A stretch of DNA of 39,203 nt from an uncultured Candidatus Saccharibacteria bacterium (GTDB lineage: Bacteria; Patescibacteriota; Doudnabacteria; UBA920), in contig CAYIHW010000001.1 of NCBI GenBank assembly GCA_964363335.1, positions 1 to 39,203 on the forward strand, read 5' to 3'. How positions within the stretch are numbered: the stretch's first letter is position 1; every line of letters begins with the position of its first letter. A program made the translations under genes and the position numbers. Of the stretch, positions 31,884-39,203 are shown piece by piece. The notes below the pieces were generated by a model, which was not told the origin of the DNA, made no database searches, and was given only the letters and a program-made list of their open reading frames with translations.

Positions 31884-33224
31884 ATGACCCAAGACAATTC
31901 TACAAAAAAATATCCGGTTACTACCGCCGAAGTTGCCAAGATGCTGGGCATCGGACATGTTTCTGATAATTTACCCCTTGGTAGTGGCCTTAAAGTATCC
32001 GATTTACCGGTTGCTGATTTGTCAGTGGTTGAGGCGGATACTGGAGCCGCGGCATCCGCGCGCATTGAAAGACCCACGCAACCTACAGAAAATTTCGCTG
32101 ATGATTTATTAGCCAAAGAAACTAATCAACCGGTTTTAATTAAAGCCGGCAAAGCGGTTTTGCCGTACGCCGCTGTGTTTACAGTGGGCTTATTTTTATA
32201 TTTCTTTTTCTTTTCTTCGATAAATTTTTCCACGCTTTTTAAAACAAAACAAACTTCTCCGGCAACACCTAAAGAAACCGCCATAGAGCAGTTGGAAAAA
32301 CAGAACCTCACCGCGTACAACGCCTGGATTAGCACTTATTATTATGACATTTCCGACTTAAAAATTCTTGATCCGGAATATGACAATTCGGGCAATGGGC
32401 TGACCAACTTTCAAAAATATTTGTTAAAATTAAACCCAAAATCTTACGATACCTTGGGTTTAGGTATGGCTGACAGCCAAGCCTTGTCTTTAGGGATTGA
32501 CCCTGCTACCGGAAAGCCGCTTAATGAAGAGAAAAAAAACTTAATTGCCAAATATGTTGATATGGAAGTTGTTAGCAATCGGTTGACTTTGTCTAATATG
32601 CAAAATCCTCAGCGGGTAGCCGGAGCGGAAATTGGTATTCGTGGTGATAATTTAAACCCAGGTAATTATATAATTCCCACGGCTTCTGCAAATACCTCAA
32701 CCAACAATAATAATATAGCCCCAACTACTGGCTCGGATATTTTAACTCCCGGCAGTGAAACCGAAGTTCAGGTTAATACCGCGGTTGCCGGACGGCTGGA
32801 AATTCCTTCGTTAAAAATTAATGTGCCGATTATTTGGACAAGCGAGCCGAAAAATTTTGATAAAGATTTGCAAGCCGGAGTGGTCCACTATCCGGGGACA
32901 GCACTGCCGGGGCAAATTGGCACGACTTATATTTCGGGGCACTCCAGTAATTATATTTGGGCAAAAGGGAACTATAATAAAATATTTTCTAAGCTTGGTG
33001 ATTTAGCGGACAACACTTCATTTAAAATTACCGTAGTCCAAAAAAATGGCCGCGACGCGGTATTCCATTATGTGGTAACCGGACGCAAGGAATATTCCGC
33101 CACTGATCAGGAGCAATTTAAAAATTCCGGTAAATCTACTGTGGCTTTATCTACCTGTTGGCCAGTTGGAACCACTGCCAAAAGATTAGTGGTATTTGGC
33201 GTGGCAACTCAGGTGGAAAAGTAA
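31884..33224 (+). CDS. Sortase-family transpeptidase with a long N-terminal region and a TM anchor
   Basis: 446 aa. The C-terminal domain has LEIPSLKINVPI, the His motif YISGHSS and the catalytic Cys motif ALSTCWP. Confidence 0.8.
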   Translation: MTQDNSTKKYPVTTAEVAKMLGIGHVSDNLPLGSGLKVSDLPVADLSVVEADTGAAASARIERPTQPTENFADDLLAKETNQPVLIKAGKAVLPYAAVFTVGLFLYFFFFSSINFSTLFKTKQTSPATPKETAIEQLEKQNLTAYNAWISTYYYDISDLKILDPEYDNSGNGLTNFQKYLLKLNPKSYDTLGLGMADSQALSLGIDPATGKPLNEEKKNLIAKYVDMEVVSNRLTLSNMQNPQRVAGAEIGIRGDNLNPGNYIIPTASANTSTNNNNIAPTTGSDILTPGSETEVQVNTAVAGRLEIPSLKINVPIIWTSEPKNFDKDLQAGVVHYPGTALPGQIGTTYISGHSSNYIWAKGNYNKIFSKLGDLADNTSFKITVVQKNGRDAVFHYVVTGRKEYSATDQEQFKNSGKSTVALSTCWPVGTTAKRLVVFGVATQVEK

Positions 33225-33266
33225 ATTATGGCTTAATTAAAGCAAAGAACAAGGACATCCTAGATA

Positions 33267-33295
33267 TTGACAAAAGTACTAAAAAGTATTATAAT
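33267..33295 (+). promoter_or_regulatory. Consensus sigma70-type promoter of the giant surface-protein gene
   Basis: TTGACA (33267-33272), a 17-nt spacer, then TATAAT (33290-33295). The downstream TATAATTATAGG...GAAATAAAT string is shared with the region upstream of E1. Confidence 0.65.
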
Positions 33296-33341
33296 TATAG
33301 GTTGAGAAATAAATGAGTTTAAAACTCTCAATTCCAGTGTA

Positions 33342-33510
33342 TTAAGGGACTGTTGCCGAATGTCATTTTTGCCCAAAAAGAGCTTGTTTGGTAAAATTCC
33401 CAAAAAAATTTATCCGCTTACCTTTCAGGTAAACATCAAAATTTGTTTTGAAAATTTTCCTCAAACCCGTCTCTTGCATCAAAAAGCCCATTCGGCAACA
33501 GCCCCATTAA
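33342..33510 (+). repeat. E3: 169-bp hairpin element in the 5' UTR of the giant gene
   Basis: TTAAGGGACTGTTGCCGAATG ... CATTCGGCAACAGCCCCATTAA. Core AAAAATTTATCCGCTTACC-TTTCA-GGTAAACATCAAAATTT. Confidence 0.9.
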
Positions 33511-33560
33511 ATAAGCAACAGCTACTTGATTAATTAAATAGCTTAAGGAGTAACAAATTT

Positions 33561-36500
33561 ATGAATAATCTTATGAGCATAATTAAAAGGTTAGCAAAAC
33601 CAGGATCCTTAGCGTCTTTTTTGACTTTGGTTTTGGTTACCGCTGTTTTAATAGTCTCGCCGCAAAAAATCAACGTGGCTAAATCGGAAAGCTGTTCTAA
33701 TGCTCCGGCCATAGCGACTTTGAATTTTTTTCCGGTAACATGGGATAGTACCGCTGGCTACGGCTGTACCGATTTTGCCCCGATCGCCGTGCGTAATTTG
33801 GAAGAGACCGGATATGTTTCAAATGACTATGGCTTGCCTGGTGATGAGTTGTACGTGAGGATTTACGTTCACAACGGAGCCCAGCAAGGCCTGGACTCCA
33901 GCCAAACTACGGCTTTTGGTGTTAATGGAAGCTTTTCAATTTCCGGTAATACTGTCAGCACATCATTTTCCGGCACTCGAGGAGATGGCAGTGTAACTAA
34001 TACTGTAAATGGCAGTGTGACGATAGATTTACCGGAGGGTGGTAATCTGGAAATAGTTCCTAACAGCGGACAATTTTTTGACTATCAAGCAAATCAGATT
34101 TCCGGTAATGACAATTTAGCCGGCAACTCCGGCAGTTTTGATATGGGCGAAATGCAAGCCTGCTTTGAATTTTCTAAATTTTATCGGTTTAAAGTTAAAG
34201 TAGTTGGTGGAACTATTACTCCTCCGGCTGGCCAAACTATTACCGGGCAAATTTCCAGCGCTATTGGAATTTGTAAGGCCAATGGTTTGTATAACGCCAA
34301 CGTAAACTGGAATACCAATGCCAGCCAGCCGCTGGTTACTGTTAGCGACCCTGCTTTAAACTCCGACAATTATTACGATAACGATAAAATTTTTAGCTAT
34401 AGCCCGCAGAGTAACGAAACCGTGGATTGGATTAGCCCAAATAGCGGCTATCGTTTTTCTCTGTGGTCCATTGATCCAAGCGGCGAAAGCCATTCTTTCC
34501 GCGATATAAATAACAACCGCGTGACTGTTAAAGCAGTAAAGCTTTATGAGACTTGGGTTTCATCCGGCGCTTCTTGTGGCCAGACCGTCCCTCCGGTGGA
34601 AAAAGTTCCTTCTGGCAATATCACCGCCACTACGCCGACTAAATTATCTGGCCAGTGTTTATTCCAAAACACCGTTTCTTGGACTACCCAGAATGTTACT
34701 TCTGCCAGAGTTGATGTTACTGACTTAAAAGATAACGTTACTAACGTAGTTGGTTATAATTTGAATGACACCACTACCGACACTGCTTGGCTACAACCGG
34801 ATAGATCCTATCGTTTTACTTTATATAATACTGCTAACGGCCAAGATAAATTGGATTCAGCGGACGTTACCATTGGTTCTTGTGGCACCACTCCGCCTCC
34901 AGTGCAAGCTCCTTCCGGTCGAATTTCCGCTTCTCCAGCAGTAAAAATTAGCGGTATGTGTTTCTTTAGAACCACTGTCATTTGGGCAACTCAAAATGTT
35001 ACCTCTGCTGTGGTAGAAGTTACCGATATGGCAGAAAATGTTACCAATGTGGTTGGTTATAATTTAAACGATACTACTTCCGATACCTCCTGGATGCAGG
35101 CGGATAGAACCTATCGGTTTACTCTATACAATACTGCCAATGGTAAAAATCAATTGGCTTACGCCGATGTTACTACTGCTGGTTGCGGAACAACTCCGCC
35201 TCCGGTTTGCGTTGTTAATACCAACTACTTCTTAAATGCCGCCGCTCCGGTAAAGCAAGATTCTAACTATTCGGTAAAATTGACTTGGGGTTCTGACGGT
35301 AATAACCAGATTAAATTAACTCAAGTTAATTCCAATAATTCGGAAACTGCTTTAACCACAGGCGCTAACAACGGCACTTTTACCACCTCTGCTAATTTGC
35401 AGGCTGGTAACACCTATACTTTTAAGATTTACGACGCCAACCCGGAATGCGGAAAATTCTTAACTTCCACTCAGGTCGTTATCCAATCCTCTCCATCTCA
35501 GTTAGTCTGTTCTGCCGACAGTTCTGTTTATAATGTTGGTCAACCGGCCACTTTTAGAGCGACTGGCGGGACATCTCCGTATACTTGGACTGGCAATGGA
35601 CAATCTTTTACCGGTAGTGTCTTTACCACGGTTTATACTACCAGCGGCAATAAAAATGTGATTGTGTTTAGCAATGACGGACAGACTGCCAATTGTAGTA
35701 CTTCTATTAACCAGCCGGTAACGGAAAAAGGGATTGTGAATTTGACCAAAGAAGTCAGAAATGGCGAAGGTTCTTTTGCCCACGCCGCATCCGCCAAGCA
35801 AAATGACATTGTGGAATATCGAATTAAAGTTTGGGCGGGCAGTTCCGTTGCCCTAACTAATGTTGTGGTAACCGATACTTTTGCTTCCGGACTGTCATAC
35901 GTAGAAGGTTCCTTAAAAGTTGACGGACAGTCTCACGCAAGCGGTTTAACTTCCGGCGGCTTAAACTTTAGCTCTATCTCTCAAACTCCAAAAGTTATAA
36001 CTTATAAAGCGAAAGTTACGGCAACGATGGGCAGTATTGTTAATACCGCCCAAGGCTTTGCGCAAAATGCCAATAACGCGGCAAATGATCAAGCCATAGT
36101 TAACGTTTCCTTTGTTAACCCCGGCCAGCCTTCTTTGAGCATTACCAAACAGGTAAAAAATGTTACCCAAAATACCGATTACGACACTGCCGTTTTAGCC
36201 AAGAAGAACGATGTTGTTAAGTACCAGGTAGTTATTAAAAATGTCGGTCAAGCCACTGCGAAAAATGTCTATTTCAACGACAGTAATCCGGCGCAAGTTC
36301 AGCCCCTTTCTAACCTAAGCGTATCGGCTAGCTTTACCGGTGGAATCCCCCAAGGTGTTTCTTTGGGAGATTTAGCGGCCGGTGCCAGCGTGGTTATTAC
36401 TTATCAAGGAACAGTAAAAGTTGATAGCGGTACAATTTTAAACATGGCTACTGTTTCCGCGGACAATGCTACCAGCCAAAATGCTTCCGCTACGGTCACT

Positions 36501-37592
36501 ATTACCACCCAGCCAAATAACAACGGCGGTGTAACCAACAATTATTGTGTAAACTATTCTTGCAACACCATAATCAATACTACTAATACAACAAACACCA
36601 CCAACACAAATACGAACAACTACAACAACTACAGTTACGTTTATATCAATAGCACCGGCAATACAGTCCCGGCCAGCCAATACAGCCAGCTTGGAGTGTC
36701 CAAGTCCGTCCGGTTATCGGGTAGTGGCGCATTCCAAAACAGCGTTACAGTAAACAATAACGACACAGTGGAATTTGAAATTGTGGTTACAAATACAGGC
36801 AACCAGAACATTAATAATGTCCGGTTGATCGATAATTTAACCAATGGTTTAAGCATAGTTTCCGGTACGGTACGCGTGGATGGCTCCTATGTTTCCGACA
36901 GCAATTTATACAGCGGAATATATTTGGGCAGTCTATCTGCCGGCGCGCAAAAGCGTGTTAACTTTCAAGCCAGAATTAATAACAATAATAACTCCAGCAT
37001 TCAGAATATTGCCGTGGCTTCCGGCGACAACACTTCTTCCGTCCAAGATGACGCTTGGGTGTTCATTAACACCGGTTCTGTCCAGGGCGGCAATGTGAGC
37101 TTAACTTACAGCAAGAAAGCTTTCAATGAAACTAAGAATCAAGATGCGACAGCTATCACCGCTTCCAAAGAAAATTATATTGTCTATACTTTAACTGCCG
37201 CCAATAACGGAAACACTCCGGCCAATAACTTTGTTATAACCGATGATTTGTCACAGGTTTTACCTTACGCTGACATTGCGGATAACGGCGGCGGCACAGT
37301 AAGCGGAAATGTAATTTCTTTCCCCGGGCTGACCGTACCGGCATACGGCGCGGTTTCCCGAAGTTTTAAAGTCAGAGTAAAGTATTCCTTGGCCGATAAC
37401 TTATCTTATGTTATGACCAACACTTATGGCAATAGCATTTCAGTTAGAATTAATACGCCTCAGGTATTAGGAGTATTTGTTGCTCCAAAAACCGGTGCTG
37501 AAACCGGAGCCTTTGCTTTTGCTGGCTTGCTGACCGCGGCAACAGCCTTGATTAAACGCAGAAAGCAATTATTAAAGCTAATATTCACTTAA
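33561..37592 (+). CDS. Giant cell-surface protein (DUF11-type repeats) with a sortase sorting signal
   Basis: 1343 aa. AAGGAG lies 10 nt upstream. Features: an N-terminal signal/TM, four ~100-aa Cys-bounded modules, a PKD-like module, several DUF11-like repeats (NDxVxYxIxVxNxG pattern), and the C-terminal APKTG plus a hydrophobic helix plus KRRK. Confidence 0.85.
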   Translation: MNNLMSIIKRLAKPGSLASFLTLVLVTAVLIVSPQKINVAKSESCSNAPAIATLNFFPVTWDSTAGYGCTDFAPIAVRNLEETGYVSNDYGLPGDELYVRIYVHNGAQQGLDSSQTTAFGVNGSFSISGNTVSTSFSGTRGDGSVTNTVNGSVTIDLPEGGNLEIVPNSGQFFDYQANQISGNDNLAGNSGSFDMGEMQACFEFSKFYRFKVKVVGGTITPPAGQTITGQISSAIGICKANGLYNANVNWNTNASQPLVTVSDPALNSDNYYDNDKIFSYSPQSNETVDWISPNSGYRFSLWSIDPSGESHSFRDINNNRVTVKAVKLYETWVSSGASCGQTVPPVEKVPSGNITATTPTKLSGQCLFQNTVSWTTQNVTSARVDVTDLKDNVTNVVGYNLNDTTTDTAWLQPDRSYRFTLYNTANGQDKLDSADVTIGSCGTTPPPVQAPSGRISASPAVKISGMCFFRTTVIWATQNVTSAVVEVTDMAENVTNVVGYNLNDTTSDTSWMQADRTYRFTLYNTANGKNQLAYADVTTAGCGTTPPPVCVVNTNYFLNAAAPVKQDSNYSVKLTWGSDGNNQIKLTQVNSNNSETALTTGANNGTFTTSANLQAGNTYTFKIYDANPECGKFLTSTQVVIQSSPSQLVCSADSSVYNVGQPATFRATGGTSPYTWTGNGQSFTGSVFTTVYTTSGNKNVIVFSNDGQTANCSTSINQPVTEKGIVNLTKEVRNGEGSFAHAASAKQNDIVEYRIKVWAGSSVALTNVVVTDTFASGLSYVEGSLKVDGQSHASGLTSGGLNFSSISQTPKVITYKAKVTATMGSIVNTAQGFAQNANNAANDQAIVNVSFVNPGQPSLSITKQVKNVTQNTDYDTAVLAKKNDVVKYQVVIKNVGQATAKNVYFNDSNPAQVQPLSNLSVSASFTGGIPQGVSLGDLAAGASVVITYQGTVKVDSGTILNMATVSADNATSQNASATVTITTQPNNNGGVTNNYCVNYSCNTIINTTNTTNTTNTNTNNYNNYSYVYINSTGNTVPASQYSQLGVSKSVRLSGSGAFQNSVTVNNNDTVEFEIVVTNTGNQNINNVRLIDNLTNGLSIVSGTVRVDGSYVSDSNLYSGIYLGSLSAGAQKRVNFQARINNNNNSSIQNIAVASGDNTSSVQDDAWVFINTGSVQGGNVSLTYSKKAFNETKNQDATAITASKENYIVYTLTAANNGNTPANNFVITDDLSQVLPYADIADNGGGTVSGNVISFPGLTVPAYGAVSRSFKVRVKYSLADNLSYVMTNTYGNSISVRINTPQVLGVFVAPKTGAETGAFAFAGLLTAATALIKRRKQLLKLIFT
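34575..35183 (+). repeat. Tandem duplication of a ~102-aa module inside the giant gene
   Basis: Units 34575-34880 and 34881-35183 both run from CG(Q/T)T-PPPV... to ...YRFTLYNTANG...DVT. Long identical stretches include NVTNVVGYNLNDTT. Confidence 0.85.
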
Positions 37593-37759
37593 AGGGTCTG
37601 TTGCCGAATGTCATTTTGACTGCAATTTCAGAATTTCGGCCATTCGACCCAAAAAATTTATCCGCTTAACTAAAAGTTAAACATCAAAATTTGTTTGTGT
37701 CGACTGTCTCGAAATTCTGAAATTTCGTTACAAAAGCACATTCGGCAACAGACCCTTAA
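37589..37759 (+). repeat. E4: 171-bp hairpin element in the 3' UTR of the giant gene
   Basis: Its terminal TTAA supplies the TAA stop at 37590-37592. TTAAAGGGTCTGTTGCCGAATG ... CATTCGGCAACAGACCCTTAA. Core AAAAATTTATCCGCTTAAC-TAAAA-GTTAAACATCAAAATTT. Confidence 0.9.
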
Positions 37760-37768
37760 ATTAGAGGG

Positions 37769-37812
37769 AAAATGGAGCCTTGCCCATGTTGGGCTCAAGG
37801 CTCCATTTTTTG
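37769..37812 (+). terminator. Intrinsic terminator of the giant gene
   Basis: ATGGAGCCTTGCCCA-TGT-TGGGCTCAAGGCTCCAT followed by a T6 run. Confidence 0.85.
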
Positions 37813-37909
37813 TTCCCGGCAACAGAGTTTGCATTATTTTTTTTAAGTGGTATTATATTAGTATCAAACAAAAATAAAAACAGCGGCTTTTAAGGAGCAG
37901 GGCTGTTTT

Positions 37910-39100
37910 TTGTTAAATTATTATACAGTTATGAACAATTTTTATCTTCAAGAGCTAATAGAAGAAGCTCAGAATCGCGGCGGCGGAATGATTTTGAATT
38001 ACGAAGAAAAACCGGCGGTGGTGGTTTTAACGGTGGAAAAATATAACACGTTACTTCAAAATCAAGAATCTCCTGCCCGCCAGATGTCTGAGCCTCAGGC
38101 GATGGCAGGCGGGAGAATTAATGATGTCAAAGCAACAAGAGTTTTGGTAACAGGCGGGGCGGGTTATATTGGCGGACACTTAGTCAGAGAATTAATAAAG
38201 CAAAACTACGAAGTTGTGGTCTTGGACAATTTGTCCACCGGCCGGAGGGAAAACATCGACCCGCGTGCAATTTTTGTGGAAGGGGATTTGGCGGATCAAA
38301 ATTTACTTCGCGATTTATTTGCCGCCAATAAATTTTCAGCGGTGTTTCATTTGGCTGCCAGTTTGGAAGTTGAAGAATCCGTGAGAGAACCTGAAAAGTA
38401 TTATCGCAACAACGTTTTAAATACGGCGCGTTTGCTGGGTGTTATGAATGAGGCTGGGATGAAAAAAATAATTTTTTCATCTACCGCTGCCATTTACGGC
38501 GAAGCCGCGCAAGTACCGATTTCAGAAACCGCGCCGCTGCACCCGAATAATCCGTATGGATACAGCAAGCTTCTCGCCGAAAGGACAATAAAATATTATT
38601 GCGAATTTTTGGGCTTCTCCGCGGTGGTCTTTCGCTACTTTAATGCTTGTGGGTTTGATGTGGAGGCAAAAATTTTGCCCACTCACCAGTCTCACTTAAT
38701 TTTCAATGTCATGCAGGTTGCCAAAGGCGAAAAGCCCGTTTTAACTGTTTTTGGCAACGATTATTCCACTTTTGACGGCACCGGCGTACGGGATTATGTT
38801 CATGTGTTGGATATTGCCTTGCCGCATATTGAAGCCTTAAAGCAGATGGAGAGTAATTCTAAATACGAAGTGTATAACATTGGCACCGGCGTTGGCTTAA
38901 GTGTGGCGCAAATTGTTAACACTGCTTCGGAAATTTTAAATAAAATTATTCCTATGGAAGTATCACCCCGGCGTCCTGGGGATTCCGCTGTTACCATTGC
39001 CGACAACACTAAATTGTTAAACGGCTTGGGCTACCGCCCCCGCCATAGCGATTTGCAAAACATTATAACTACCAGCTGGGAAGTTTTGAAAAACATTTGA
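37910..39100 (+). CDS. galE: UDP-glucose 4-epimerase-like SDR, read as one ORF with an N-terminal Phd/YefM-like segment
   Basis: 396 aa. The GalE core runs from about residue 77 (RVLVTGGAGYIGGH, YGYSKLLAE). Residues 8-52 resemble a Phd/YefM antitoxin N-domain. The track start is a TTG; ATGs lie at 37931, 38084 and 38102. Confidence 0.8.
   Translation: MLNYYTVMNNFYLQELIEEAQNRGGGMILNYEEKPAVVVLTVEKYNTLLQNQESPARQMSEPQAMAGGRINDVKATRVLVTGGAGYIGGHLVRELIKQNYEVVVLDNLSTGRRENIDPRAIFVEGDLADQNLLRDLFAANKFSAVFHLAASLEVEESVREPEKYYRNNVLNTARLLGVMNEAGMKKIIFSSTAAIYGEAAQVPISETAPLHPNNPYGYSKLLAERTIKYYCEFLGFSAVVFRYFNACGFDVEAKILPTHQSHLIFNVMQVAKGEKPVLTVFGNDYSTFDGTGVRDYVHVLDIALPHIEALKQMESNSKYEVYNIGTGVGLSVAQIVNTASEILNKIIPMEVSPRRPGDSAVTIADNTKLLNGLGYRPRHSDLQNIITTSWEVLKNI
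38069..38116. repeat. 48-bp GC-rich palindrome inside the galE-like ORF, same family as the lgt insert
   Basis: The core CCTGCCCGCCAGATGTCTGAGCCTCAGGCGATGGCAGGCGGG (38072-38113, flanked by TCT and AGA) compares with the reverse complement of the lgt element (23882-23924), CCTGCCCGCCATCGGCTTGAGCCTCAGGCGATTGCAGGCGGGG. Confidence 0.85.
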
Positions 39101-39123
39101 TTGCCTCCTCACAAAAAACATTT

Positions 39124-39158
39124 AACGCTTCCGCCGTGGCGGAAGCGTTTTAATTTTT
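39124..39158 (+). terminator. Intrinsic terminator after the galE-like gene
   Basis: AACGCTTCCGCC-GT-GGCGGAAGCGTT followed by TTAATTTTT. Confidence 0.85.
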
Positions 39159-39203
39159 ATAGAAACAAATTGTTATAAATAACGTCTTAATTAGTATGAG
39201 TAT

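Noticed and set aside
32044-32069. A short GC-rich palindrome (GCGGAT...ATCCGC) in the N-terminal region of the sortase gene, considered as another in-frame inserted element.
   Set aside because: It has only 6-bp arms, a non-palindromic interior, and no second copy in the window. The evidence is insufficient.
33561-37592. Diversity-generating retroelement targeting the giant surface protein, or phase variation through the Asn/Thr-rich tract near 36570-36650.
   Set aside because: There is no reverse transcriptase and no template/variable repeat pair with adenine-specific differences in the window. The N/T tract is not a perfect simple-sequence repeat at the DNA level.
1-39203. CRISPR arrays, rRNA genes, prophage or classical defence-system genes.
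   Set aside because: I found no regularly spaced direct repeats with unique spacers, no rRNA-like conserved stretches, and no cas, restriction-modification, toxin-antitoxin or phage structural signatures among the ORFs, apart from the Phd/YefM-like fragment noted above.

Overview
This is a gene-dense, AT-rich bacterial chromosome segment using the standard genetic code: TGA acts as a stop at 14224-14226, in an ATGA overlap with the next gene. The small proteins, tight operons and gene content suggest a Patescibacteria/CPR-like genome, but that is inference only. Recognisable content:
- Housekeeping: a stand-alone rplJ-rplL operon, dus, lexA, the aspS/YbaK-like/scpA/scpB operon, lgt, and tRNA-Gln and tRNA-Glu.
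- Sugar cluster: GH1 glycosidase, a DMT-type permease, a clan GH-A hydrolase and a ROK kinase.
- dTDP-rhamnose pathway: an RmlC-like cupin, rfbB, rfbD, rfbA, plus a galE-like epimerase.
- Cell-surface locus: a CAP-domain protein, a sortase and a 1343-aa DUF11-type protein ending in an APKTG sorting signal.
- One decayed IS982-like insertion sequence.

No CRISPR array, rRNA gene or recognisable defence system is visible. The main signal not explained by genes is a very high load of palindromic DNA:
1. Five 162-173 bp hairpin elements (E1-E5) share GAC(T)TGTT termini. Four of them (E1-E4) also share a conserved apical core with a compensatory stem change. E3 and E4 lie in the 5' and 3' UTRs of the giant sortase-substrate gene. 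E1 and E2 are near-identical inverted copies about 21 kb apart.
2. At least six short palindromic elements are inserted in-frame inside conserved genes (dus x2, YbaK-like x2, lgt, galE-like). This resembles the Rickettsia palindromic elements.
3. A 29-nt TATAAT-plus-palindrome motif occurs three times, flanking a TrpR/YerC-like regulator gene and preceding rplJ.

There is also an unclassified structured ncRNA candidate of about 235 nt at 22557-22791, and several leader and terminator structures. All coordinates and alignments were worked out by hand from the sequence. No database search was run.
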